Origin: Eledone cirrhosa
Lineage: Eukaryota
Direction of reading: 5' to 3'
NCBI GenBank assembly: GCA_964016885.1
Contig: OZ024742.1
Location: 175,832,001-175,896,000, forward strand
Length of the DNA stretch: 64,000 bases
Positions within the stretch are counted from its first letter, which is position 1. Each line of letters begins with the position of its first letter. Below the pieces are notes generated by a model. It ran no database searches, was not told where the DNA came from, and saw only the letters and a list, made by a program, of their open reading frames with translations. Position numbers and translations under genes: made by a program. This document shows, one piece after another, positions 12,019 to 27,470 of the stretch.

Positions 12019-12252
12019 GACAGGGGTAAGAAAAAATGGCTTCACTTGTGCTTTCAACAAATTTATTTTCTTCACAAAATCCAAAAATAATTTTCTTCCA
12101 GATTAAAAAAAAAAAAAAAAATTATTTTCTACGTTATTTTTTTCCTTAAACAATATTTTCTAATCCGGAAAAAAATTATTTTTGGATTTTGTGAAGAAAG
12201 TAAATTTGTTGAAAGCACAAGTGAAGCCATTTTTTCTTCCCCCCTGTCTTAA
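12015..12252. mobile_element. Fold-back MITE-like element, ~95-bp inverted arms bounded by TTAA
   Basis: ttaagacagggg...cccctgtcttaa; copies at 14755-15022 and 20061-20329. Confidence 0.7.
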
Positions 12253-12303
12253 TATACCTATCTGTACCAAGGATTACACACATTTTCCAATATATATATA
12301 TAC

Positions 12304-12334
<31 letters not shown>

Positions 12335-12510
12335 CATATATATATCATCTCATCATCATCATCTTCGTTTAACGTATACATACATTTTCCATATACATAT
12401 ATATATATAAATATATATATAAATATATATATACATATATGTATATAAATATATATATACATACATATATATATATATATATATACATATATATACATAT
12501 ATATATATAC

Positions 12511-12557
<47 letters not shown>

Positions 12558-12686
12558 CATATATATATATACATATATATATATACATATATATATATAC
12601 ACATATATATACATACATATATATATACATATATTATATATACATATATATATATATACATATATATATATACATATATATATACA

Positions 12687-12826
12687 TAGGAACCAGTAAG
12701 ACCCCGACAGCTGAGCTCAAGTAGTTTCAGTGTCTTACTGGTTCCTATTACCCACTCTACTACCCCAAGTATTGAGTATTTTGGTGCGTTATGGTCCACC
12801 TGGTTCCTTACCACATTTCCTTCGTT
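12687..12826. repeat. Short insert in (TA)n beginning with a 16-bp hairpin
   Basis: taggaaccagtaagac...gtcttactggttccta followed by a unique tail; absent from the other tandem units. Confidence 0.5.
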
Positions 12827-12945
12827 ATATATATACATATATATATACATATATATGTATATACATATATATATATATACATATATATACCTTTATATAT
12901 ATACATATACATATATTTATATATATATATATACATATATATACA

Positions 12946-13018
<73 letters not shown>

Positions 13019-13060
13019 ACATATATATATACATATATATATATATACATATATATATAC

Positions 13061-13105
<45 letters not shown>

Positions 13106-13150
13106 CATATATATATATACATATATATATACATATATATACATATGTAA

Positions 13151-13184
<34 letters not shown>

Positions 13185-13243
13185 GTATATGTATGTATAT
13201 ATATATGTGTAAATATTTATACATATATATATGTATATATATG

Positions 13244-13278
<35 letters not shown>

Positions 13279-13404
13279 GTATACATATATATACATATAT
13301 ATATACATATATATACATATATATATGTATAAATATGTACACATATATATACATATATATATCCATAAATATATGCACATATATATACATATATATATGT
13401 ATAC

Positions 13405-13451
<47 letters not shown>

Positions 13452-13491
13452 CACATATATATATATACACACATATATATATATATATACG

Positions 13492-13522
<31 letters not shown>

Positions 13523-13622
13523 TTACATATGTATATATATACATATATATATATACATATATATACATATATATACATATATATACATACATATATATAC
13601 ATATGTACATACAAATATATAC

Positions 13623-13664
<42 letters not shown>

Positions 13665-13766
13665 TGAAATTTCCGTTGGAAACAGAAAAGGTCATAGAAG
13701 TGAAGAGTGCTCTATGTAAGTATCAGAGCAAAATTTAATGTATAAAAATCAATACAATATAATTAC

Positions 13767-13836
13767 CTCATTACCAGAAGTTTCCCGAATGAGGCGAATA
13801 CGAAAAAAACGTCTTCATTCGTTCGTCAGACCGAAT
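13767..13836 (-). ncRNA. Hammerhead motif (weak helix I)
   Basis: Minus strand: CTGACGA a cgaatga...tcattcg g GAAA c ttctg GTA; 7-bp helix II; inside a 13660-13835 insert. Confidence 0.5.
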
Positions 13837-13856
13837 ATATACATATATACACATAA

Positions 13857-14074
13857 ATATACCTCCTTTGACCTGATGCAAATTCGAAACAAGCTATTTT
13901 TGCGGGCAATGAACATTGACGTGAATTTAACCCCCAACACTCTTTCCGTGCAGTGTAAGGAACACTCTTGTTTATTTATGCCCATTGAGAAGCCCAACTG
14001 AGCGAAACGTACGTAGGTGCTGTTTTAAATAAACATGTTTTAACGGTCTATTCTCCGATTTCTTACATTCCCAC

Positions 14075-14075
<1 letters not shown>
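13857..14075 (+). mobile_element. PLE-3'-end-like insert with degenerate hammerhead (family B)
   Basis: GAAA CGTACG TA ggt at 14004-14018 and upstream acCTGATGC at 13871; copies at ~19191-19409 and ~22025-22243. Confidence 0.45.
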
Positions 14076-14117
<42 letters not shown>

Positions 14118-14217
14118 TGAAATAGAAATATAATCTATCACCGTATTTTTGACTTAAGTAATTTTTAGCCTGATAATGAAGTTTAGAACCCTCAGCGAAA
14201 TGTAAAAAGATGAGTAT

Positions 14218-14288
14218 TGCAATGCATGGGAGTCGAACCCACATCTTTGCTTATCCAGACCACTGTGCTACCATTAAACCAATACATC
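14218..14288 (-). tRNA. tRNA-like (pseudo) gene, identity unassigned
   Basis: gatgtat tggtttaatggtagcac a gtggt ctggata agcaa agat gtggg ttcgact cccat...; A and B boxes, T arm and a downstream T5; anticodon stem imperfect. Confidence 0.55.
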
Positions 14289-14472
14289 ACTCATCTCCTT
14301 CCATTCAAATTAGAATCTACATTCTGAGCGAGTGAAAATGACAATTAAGTATGTTTTTGAAACAGTGAGCGAATTTGAAATTAGACATATAATCTATCAC
14401 CGTATTTTTGACTTAATTGTCATTTTCAATCGCTAAGAATGTAGCTTCTAATTTGAATGGAGGGAGATGGGT

Positions 14473-14527
14473 GATGTGTTGGTTTAATGGATAATCAAAG
14501 ATGTGGGTTCGACTCCCATGTACGTCA
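14473..14527 (+). tRNA. tRNA-like copy with 16-nt internal deletion
   Basis: Acceptor gatgtgt/gtacgtc pairs fully, T arm intact, D/anticodon part deleted between two tgg; T5 follows about 10 nt later. Confidence 0.5.
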
Positions 14528-14679
14528 ATACTCATCTTTTTCCATTTTTCTGAGGATTCTAAACCCCACTATCAGGCTAAAAATTACTTAAGTCAAAAAT
14601 ACGGTGATAGATTATATTTCTAATTTCAAACTCCCTCACTGTTTCAAAAACATACTTAACTATATACATATATATATAT

Positions 14680-14758
<79 letters not shown>

Positions 14759-15350
14759 GACAGGGGTAAAAAAAAATGGCTTCACTTGTGCTTTCAACAA
14801 ATTTATTTTCTTCACAAAATCCAAAAATAATTTTTGTCCGGATTAGAAAAAATTTTTTTCTTAAAAAAAAAAAAAAAAATTATTTTATACATATAGTTGT
14901 TTTTTTTTTTTTTCAAGAAACATTTTTTTTCTAATCCGGAAAAAAATTACTTTTGGATTTTGTGAAGAAAGTAAATTTGTTGAAAGCACAAGTGAAGCCA
15001 TTTTTCTTCCCCCCTGTCTTAATATACCTAACTGTACCAAGGATTACACACATTTTCCAATATATATATATACATATATATATCATCTCATCATCATCAT
15101 CTTCGTTTAATGTATACATACATTTTCCATATACATATATATATATACATATATATATATAAATATATATATACATATATATATATAAATATATATATAC
15201 ATATATATATATATATAAATTTATATATAAACATATATATACATATATATATACATATATATATATATATACATATATATAAATATATATATACACATAT
15301 ATATACATATATATATAAACATATATATATACATATATATATATACATAT

Positions 15351-16730
15351 AACTTTGACATAACAATGGGCTCTAACGATTCGGCGGAAATAACTGATAT
15401 TGTGGGGTTATTTATCGCCTTTAGACTCCAGGAAAAATTCAGCAATCTCCACGGCGGAATATACCGCGACGATGTTCTCCTCCTAGCTAAAAACCTTAAT
15501 AACCAAAAACTAGAAAAACTACGCAAAGATATAAGAAAACTACTACTCGAAATAGGACTAACTATAACATATGAATACAACCTTAAAGTAGTTAACTTCC
15601 TGGATGTCACACTCAATTTAAACTCTGGTTTGATTAAACCGTTTCATAAATTGAATGAAAATCTCAAATACGTAAATGTTGGGTCTAACCACCCCATCTC
15701 TATAATTAAATCTATCCCTAAAAATATTTCCCTTAGAATCTCGGGTCTATCTTCTAACATACAAGTATTTAAGGAACACGCCGAGTACTACGATAACGCC
15801 CTTAGTAAAGCAGGCTACCTCAACAAAATAGAGTACATAGATGGGAACAATCAAAACACCCAAAATAAATCCCACATAGGTAGATATAATAACACAACAC
15901 CAAACCACACTTACTACCATAGTATGCACACCAGTAAACCAACAAACAAAACTAATAGAAAGCGATGCAAAGAGTACTTATGGTATAACCCCGAATACAA
16001 TAGCTCCATTAGTACAAATTTACCAGTACTCTTCTTTAAAATAATTAAAAGACATTTTCCCACATCACACAAATACCACAAAATCCTAAACCCTACCACT
16101 ATAAGACTGTCATACTCTACAGCGTTAAACCTTGAACAACACATAAAAAAGATCAATACTAGAAGGTTAAACGAAAACACTAAGAACTTAAGTACAAAGA
16201 ACCCCAAAAAAACAGTAGACAATACACTACAGAACATAAATAAACCACACCTAAGTTCGTCCGCAATACTACTCCAGAGAAAACCCAACGTACACAACTG
16301 TAACTGCACCTATCCTGACAACTGTCCCCTCGGCAATAACTGCCTGGAAAAAAATATTATTTATAAGTGTACCATTAAATCCGGAGGCAACGAGTGGTAT
16401 TACGTGGGATCAACGGCAACATCGTTTAAATCTCGATTGTATAGGCATTCTTACTCAATAAAACACCAGAGCCAAAGAAATGTAACAACTTTAGCAGAGA
16501 AAGCTTGGACGCTCAGGGATAGCAATCAAAAGTTTACCCTAAAATGGGAAAAATTAGCTAAAACCCAAAGCTTTTCCAGGAGCCAAAATTTCTGCAAATT
16601 GTGTAATCTTGAGATTTATTACATAATCACACACAAGAAGAAACTGCTGAATAACAGAATTGAACGAACATTATTCTGCCGTCACAGAACTAAAACCCTT
16701 TTTTCCCACTACAAGCCGAATATTACATAA
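15351..16730 (+). CDS. PLE RT C-terminal half + GIY-YIG endonuclease (uninterrupted, 5'-truncated)
   Basis: GIYRDD, VNFLDV, SNHP, WYNP, CNC..CP...C, IIYK..YVGST..FKSR..H, CKLCNLE..NNR..CRH. Confidence 0.9.
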   Translation, partial: NFDITMGSNDSAEITDIVGLFIAFRLQEKFSNLHGGIYRDDVLLLAKNLNNQKLEKLRKDIRKLLLEIGLTITYEYNLKVVNFLDVTLNLNSGLIKPFHKLNENLKYVNVGSNHPISIIKSIPKNISLRISGLSSNIQVFKEHAEYYDNALSKAGYLNKIEYIDGNNQNTQNKSHIGRYNNTTPNHTYYHSMHTSKPTNKTNRKRCKEYLWYNPEYNSSISTNLPVLFFKIIKRHFPTSHKYHKILNPTTIRLSYSTALNLEQHIKKINTRRLNENTKNLSTKNPKKTVDNTLQNINKPHLSSSAILLQRKPNVHNCNCTYPDNCPLGNNCLEKNIIYKCTIKSGGNEWYYVGSTATSFKSRLYRHSYSIKHQSQRNVTTLAEKAWTLRDSNQKFTLKWEKLAKTQSFSRSQNFCKLCNLEIYYIITHKKKLLNNRIERTLFCRHRTKTLFSHYKPNIT

Positions 16731-17001
16731 AAGAGGAACATCCCCCAACTATATAAACCTTAATCTAGTTAGAAAAATATAAAAACAATCTCTTTTCAAC
16801 ATATATTAATAACCTTAAATTACCATACTAATAATGAAAAGATATGCTGATGAGAATAGGTACAAATATGCGATAATGAATGTGTCTAAAAACGTCCATA
16901 AGTATGTGTATATATATGTGAAAATGTATATAAATAAGTAAATATATATATATGTTTGATGTGTATAGTTAGATGTAAGTGTATTCATGTATTAAAGTGC
17001 T

Positions 17002-17038
<37 letters not shown>

Positions 17039-17676
17039 ATATGTGTGTATATATGTATGTGTATATATATATATATGTATATATATGTATATGTATATAT
17101 GTATATATATGTGTGTATGTATGTATGTGTATATGGATGTGTATGTATGTGTATGTGTGTACACATGGACTAGAGTATGTATGTATATATGTGTGTGTCT
17201 ATACGTGTGTATATATAAAGATAAGTTGAGTATGAAAATGTATACACATGAGCGCGTATGTATGTACATGAATACATGTGTGTATATATATGTGTATGCA
17301 TGTGTATATATATGTAAGTATGAATATGTGAATTGTGAGTATATGTATTTTTGTAGAGGTGTGCAAATATATTTGTGTGTGAATGCGTGGGTGAAAGAAT
17401 ACGTACACTTGAAAGAAAAATTTAAGTCTGAATGTTAAGTGCAAACACAAAACCAACCACGCATATCTTTACTATCTCTAATCCTTCTATAGATTTAGAA
17501 AAATAACCAATAATATATTCTATAAAAATGTCAAAACAACAGATGGGAATCTAATTAATCACTGCCACCAAGAATTCTCACTGCTATCGAAAAACCACTC
17601 CTTCAACTATTCTTCTAACAACTTCACCCCTTCCTCCTAATATTCTCTATAAAAACTAAATAGGTCCTCAGTAATA

Positions 17677-17793
17677 TTATTCTGATGAAATGACAGTAAA
17701 TAATAACATTGAAATATTGAATGTCTGCATAACTAAAAGTTTGTAGATAGCTGTTTTAGGTTATGTAACTGTTATAGAAACACGTGTCAATAA
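17677..17793 (+). ncRNA. Type I hammerhead ribozyme with branched helix II
   Basis: ttatt CTGATGA a atgacagt [two hairpins] actgttat a GAAA CACGTG TC aataa; GUC site ending at 17788. Confidence 0.85.
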
Positions 17794-17875
17794 ATTCCTT
17801 TCAACTAAACTGTATCCATTCAAATCTTTCTACATATATATATATATACATATATATATACATATACATATATAC

Positions 17876-17906
<31 letters not shown>

Positions 17907-17999
17907 CATATATATACATATATATATATACATATATATATATATACATATATATACATATATATATATATACATATATATATATACATATATATATAC

Positions 18000-18048
<49 letters not shown>

Positions 18049-18205
18049 CATAAATATCTATACACATATATATACATACATATATATATACATATATATA
18101 TATACACATATATATATATACATATATATATATATACATATATATATACATATATATATATACACATATATATATATACATATATATATATACATATATA
18201 TATAC

Positions 18206-18258
<53 letters not shown>

Positions 18259-18309
18259 CATATATATATACATATACATATATATATATATATATATACA
18301 TATATATAC

Positions 18310-18378
<69 letters not shown>

Positions 18379-18416
18379 CATATATATATATACATATATA
18401 TACATATATAATATAC

Positions 18417-18447
<31 letters not shown>

Positions 18448-18448
18448 C

Positions 18449-18507
<59 letters not shown>

Positions 18508-18536
18508 CATATATATACATATATATACATATGTAA

Positions 18537-18586
<50 letters not shown>

Positions 18587-18894
18587 GTATATGTATGTAC
18601 ATATATATATATGTGTGTATATACATATATATATGTCTATATATATATATGTCTATATATATTTATACGTATATATATATGTATAAATATTTATACATAT
18701 ATATATGTATATATATGTATATATATATACATATATATATATATACATATATATATATGTATACATATATATACATATATATACATATATATATACATAT
18801 ATATACATATATATATGTATAAATATGTACACATATATATACATATATATATGCATAAATATATGCACATATATATACATATATATATGTATAC

Positions 18895-18925
<31 letters not shown>

Positions 18926-18978
18926 CATATATATGTATATACACATATATATATACACACATATATATATATATATAC

Positions 18979-19010
<32 letters not shown>

Positions 19011-19110
19011 TTACATATGTATATATATACATATGGATATATACAAATATATACATATATATACATATATATACATACATATATATACATGTGTACATAC
19101 AAATTTATAC

Positions 19111-19157
<47 letters not shown>

Positions 19158-19999
19158 TGTATATATATATATATACATATATACACATTAATATACCTCC
19201 TTTGACCTGCTGCAAAATCGAAACAAACTATTTTTGCGAGCAATGAACATTGACGTGAATTTAACCCCCAACACTCTTTCCGTGCAATGTAAGGAACACT
19301 TTTGGTTATTTATGCCCATTGAGAAGCCCAACTTAGCGAAACGTACGTAGGTGCTGTTTTAAATAAACATGTTTTAACGGTCTATTCTCCGATTTCTTAC
19401 ATTCCCACGTATATATATATATATATATATACATATATGAAATAGAAATATAATCTATCACCGTATTTTTGACTTAAGTAATTTTTAGCCTGATAATGAA
19501 GTTTAGAACCCTCAGCGAAATGTAAAAAGATGAGTATTGCAATGCATGGGAGTCGAACCCACATCTTTGCTTATCCAGACCACTGTGCTACCATTAAACC
19601 AATACATCACTCATCTCCTTCCATTCAAATTAGAATCTACATTCTGAGCGAGTGAAAATGACAATTAAGTATGTTTTTGAAACAGTGAGCGAATTTGAAA
19701 TTAGACATATAATCTATCACCGTATTTTTGACTTAATTGTCATTTTCAATCGCTAAGAATGTAGCTTCTAATTTGAATGGAGGGAGATGGGTGATGTGTT
19801 GGTTTAATGGATAATCAAAGATGTGGGTTCGACTCCCATGTACGTCAATACTCATCTTTTTCCATTTTTCTGAGGATTCTAAACCCCACTATCAGGCTAA
19901 AAATTACTTAAGTCAAAAATACGGTGATAGATTATATTTCTAATTTCAAACTCCCTCACTGTTTCAAAAACATACTTAACTATATACATATATATATAT

Positions 20000-20064
<65 letters not shown>

Positions 20065-20695
20065 GACAGGGGTAAAAAAAAATGGCTTCACTTGTGCTTT
20101 CAACAAATTTATTTTCTTCACAAAATCCAAAAATAATTTTTGTCCGGATTAGAAAAAATTTTTTTCTTAAAAAAAAAAAAAAAAATTATTTTATACATAT
20201 AGTTGTTTTTTTTTTTTTTTCAAGAAACATTTTTTTTCTAATCCGGAAAAAAATTACTTTTGGATTTTGTGAAGAAAGTAAATTTGTTGAAAGCACAAGT
20301 GAAGCCATTTTTCTTCCCCCCTGTCTTAATATACCTAACTGTACCAAGGATTACACACATTTTCCAATATATATATATACATATATATATCATCTCATCA
20401 TCATCATCTTCGTTTAATGTATACATACATTTTCCATATACATATATATATATACATATATATATATAAATATATATATACATATATATATATAAATATA
20501 TATATACATATATATATATATATAAATTTATATATAAACATATATATACATATATATATACATATATATATATATATACATATATATAAATATATATATA
20601 CACATATATATACATATATATATAAACATATATATATACATATATATATATACATATATATATATATACATATATATATACATATACATATATAC

Positions 20696-20726
<31 letters not shown>

Positions 20727-20819
20727 CATATATATACATATATATATATACATATATATATATATACATATATATACATATATATATATATACATATATA
20801 TATATACATATATATATAC

Positions 20820-20870
<51 letters not shown>

Positions 20871-21027
20871 CATAAATATCTATACACATATATATACATA
20901 CATATATATATACATATATATATATACACATATATATATATACATATATATATATATACATATATATATACATATATATATATACACATATATATATATA
21001 CATATATATATATACATATATATATAC

Positions 21028-21092
<65 letters not shown>

Positions 21093-21143
21093 CATATATA
21101 TATACATATACATATATATATATATATATATACATATATATAC

Positions 21144-21208
<65 letters not shown>

Positions 21209-21246
21209 CATATATATATATACATATATATACATATATAATATAC

Positions 21247-21277
<31 letters not shown>

Positions 21278-21278
21278 C

Positions 21279-21337
<59 letters not shown>

Positions 21338-21366
21338 CATATATATACATATATATACATATGTAA

Positions 21367-21420
<54 letters not shown>

Positions 21421-21728
21421 GTATATGTATGTACATATATATATATGTGTGTATATACATATATATATGTCTATATATATATATGTCTATATATATTTAT
21501 ACGTATATATATATGTATAAATATTTATACATATATATATGTATATATATGTATATATATATACATATATATATATATACATATATATATATGTATACAT
21601 ATATATACATATATATACATATATATATACATATATATACATATATATATGTATAAATATGTACACATATATATACATATATATATGCATAAATATATGC
21701 ACATATATATACATATATATATGTATAC

Positions 21729-21761
<33 letters not shown>

Positions 21762-21812
21762 CATATATATGTATATACACATATATATATACACACATAT
21801 ATATATATATAC

Positions 21813-21844
<32 letters not shown>

Positions 21845-21944
21845 TTACATATGTATATATATACATATGGATATATACAAATATATACATATATATACAT
21901 ATATATACATACATATATATACATGTGTACATACAAATATATAC

Positions 21945-21991
<47 letters not shown>

Positions 21992-22815
21992 TGTATATAT
22001 ATATATATACATATATACACATTAATATACCTCCTTTGACCTGCTGCAAAATCGAAACAAACTATTTTTGCGAGCAATGAACATTGACGTGAATTTAACC
22101 CCCAACACTCTTTCCGTGCAATGTAAGGAACACTTTTGGTTATTTATGCCCATTGAGAAGCCCAACTTAGCGAAACGTACGTAGGTGCTGTTTTAAATAA
22201 ACATGTTTTAACGGTCTATTCTCCGATTTCTTACATTCCCACGTATATATATATATATATATATACATATATGAAATAGAAATATAATCTATCATCGTAT
22301 TTTTGACTTAAGTAATTTTTAGCCTGATAATGAAGTTTAGAACCCTCAGAGAAATGGAAAAAGATGAGTATTGCCATACATGGGAGTCGAACCCACATCT
22401 ATGCTTATCCAGACCACTGTGCTACCATTACACCAATACATCACCCATCTCCTTCCATTCAAATTAGAATCTACATTCTGAGCGAGTGAAAATGACAATT
22501 AAGTATGTTTTTGAAACAGTGAGCGAATTTGAAATTAGACATATAATCTATCACAGTATTTTTGACTTAATTGTCATTTTCCCTCGCTAAGAATGTAGCT
22601 TCTAATTTGAATGGAGGGAGATGGGTGATGTGTTGGTGTAATGGATAATCAAAGATGTGGGTTTGACTCCCATGTACGTCAATACTCATCTTTTTCCATT
22701 TCTCTGAGGATTCTAAACCCCACCATCAGGCTAAAAATTACTTAAGTCAAAAATACGGTGATAGATTATATTTCTAATTTCAAACTCCCTCACTGTTTCA
22801 AATACATACATAACT

Positions 22816-22849
22816 ATATACATATATATATACATATATATATATATAC

Positions 22850-22917
<68 letters not shown>

Positions 22918-23171
22918 TTATATATATATATATATATATACATAAATATATACATATATATATACATATATATATACATATATATATACATATATATACA
23001 TATATATATACATATATATATACATATATATATACATATATATACATATATATACATATGTACATATATATATATATACATATATATACATATATACATG
23101 TATATATATATATACATATATATATATATGTACATATATATATATATGTACATATATATATATATGTATAC

Positions 23172-23220
<49 letters not shown>

Positions 23221-23257
23221 TATGTACATATATATATATGTACATATATATATGTAC

Positions 23258-23288
<31 letters not shown>

Positions 23289-23489
23289 CATATATATATA
23301 TGTACATAGATATATATATATATCTATGTACATATATATATACATATATATATGTACATATATATATATACATATATATATATGTACATATATATATATA
23401 TACATATATATATATACATATATATATATGTACATACATATATATATACATATATATATATATGTACACATATATATATATATATGTAC

Positions 23490-23521
<32 letters not shown>

Positions 23522-23585
23522 ATCTATGTACATATATATATATATACATATGTACATATATATATACACATATATATATATATAC

Positions 23586-23644
<59 letters not shown>

Positions 23645-23652
23645 TATATATA

Positions 23653-23700
<48 letters not shown>

Positions 23701-23727
23701 CATATATATTCATATATATATATACAT
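22816..23727. repeat. Compound (TA)n/(TATACA)n/(TATGTACA)n microsatellite
   Basis: Direct reading. Confidence 0.95.
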
Positions 23728-24505
23728 ATATTTAATACATTAACAGGGATACCTTTAAGCAATACTCCGACCGGCTTCCGTCTCACTCAACAAACATTAG
23801 GATATATCTTAGTATAATCCCAATTATACGTTTGGGTTGCGAACTATACGTATTTTGCGGATAGCCTGTTGTATTATTTTATATGAGACATAATTGAAAT
23901 ACATCTCTCTTTCCAAACTATCGTTTCATTATAAGTTTTCTACAATTTGGAAAAATAATGTTAAGGTTATGTAGAAGCCTACACATAGTCCGTAGGAATA
24001 TATGTAGGTGGGCACTTATAAATCATCAGTGGATGCCCGACAAATATCGATAAAAAAAACCTTACTGATATTAAAGTTCAGCGATGGTACCCCTCCGTGC
24101 TAGAATGACCGCTAAATTTGAAATTCCAGCAGTCTCACAATGAGAAATCTCACACTGCCATCAAGCGGAAAGGGGAGGTCATCGCAAAACGTAAAAAAAT
24201 AAAATAATATGCATGCGGGACAATTAATTCTTTCAATAATTTTAACCATGCTTGAAGAACTCAATTGGTTATAAAAAAATAAATATATGAATGTATTATT
24301 TATACACGCATATAGGTATTTTCTTAGGCTCAAAACGGAGATAAGATACCGGAAGAACAATCAATATTTCATACAAATAAAGAATACGGAATGTCATACC
24401 TAAAAAGTATCTGGAAATATTCATCCCTGGCCAAATCAAGAGTAGAATATTTAATACATTAACAGAGAAAGCTTTAAGCAATACTCCGACAGGCTTCCGT
24501 CTCAA
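23728..24505 (-). mobile_element. Non-coding, terminally redundant HHR element (retrozyme- or pseudo-LTR-like)
   Basis: ~57-bp direct repeat at 23728-23785 and 24447-24505; one HHR; no credible ORF; (TA)n flanks. Confidence 0.75.
23912..24033 (-). ncRNA. Type I hammerhead ribozyme with branched helix II
   Basis: Minus strand: tcca CTGATGA t ttataagt [cctaca..tgtagg; ttctaca..tgtagaa] acttataa t GAAA CGATAG TT tgga. Confidence 0.8.
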
Positions 24506-24565
24506 CATATATATATACACATATATATATATACACATATATATATATACACACATATATATATG

Positions 24566-27075
<2,510 letters not shown>

Positions 27076-27081
<6 letters not shown>

Positions 27082-27380
27082 TAAAACATGTCTATAGAAT
27101 CACCAGATAAAATATATACCATTTCCTCTCCCAATTAGCATAATCGACTATATAAAAAATCGAATAGACCAGGCTATAAAAATCGAATAGAACAGGCTAT
27201 AAGAATAAGGCTTCTATGAAGAAATCCCCAACAAATACCCGAAACTAGCCCTTCGCGTCGGCTGCGACGGAACATTTATTGAATATCATAAAACATGTCT
27301 ATAGACATGTTTTATGATATATAGCTCTGATTATTTATTAACTTTTCATTGAGCCACAATGTGACCCGTTGCAAAACACG
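27076..27380. mobile_element. Short terminally redundant / fold-back insert
   Basis: tatcataaaacatgtctataga at ~27077 and ~27284; the second copy is half of the palindrome atatcataaaacatgtctatagacatgttttatgatat. Confidence 0.55.
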
Positions 27381-27392
27381 TATATGTATGTA

Positions 27393-27449
<57 letters not shown>

Positions 27450-27470
27450 CTTTATATATATAAATATATA

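Larger units (their letters stand above)
14117..14662. mobile_element. Tandem + inverted (X-Y-X-Y'-X') insert carrying an internal tRNA-like cassette (family C)
   Basis: tataatctatcaccgtatttttgacttaa occurs twice direct and once inverted; (TA)n flanks; copies at 19438-19980 and 22271-22815; diverged relative at ~55787-55950. Confidence 0.75.
15350..17833 (+). mobile_element. 5'-truncated Naiad-type PLE inserted in (TA)n
   Basis: Starts abruptly at NFDITMG; open ORF to 16730; 3' UTR with TG/TA repeat and HHR; empty site visible near 20655. Confidence 0.9.
11987..22815. repeat. ~2.83 kb tandem segmental repeat, ~3.5 units
   Basis: atatacctcctttgacc recurs at ~13857, 19191 and 22025 (last period 2834 bp); the same module order and microsatellite interruption pattern recur; unit 1 carries a 2.5 kb Naiad insertion. 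Confidence 0.85.

Noticed and set aside
12188-12230. GTGAAGA...GAAA hammerhead-like boxes in the fold-back
   Set aside because: C3 is G, and no NUH or helix I can be formed
14168-14205. CTGATAA...GAAA in family C
   Set aside because: Core not conserved between arms or in the 55.8-kb relative; no cleavage triplet or helix I
14218-14288. Functional tRNA gene
   Set aside because: Anticodon stem mismatched, atypical loop and acceptor decayed in this copy; kept only as tRNA-like
11987-22815. CRISPR-like repeat/spacer impression
   Set aside because: Units are kilobase-scale duplicates with no short constant repeat or unique spacers, no cas genes, and a eukaryotic context
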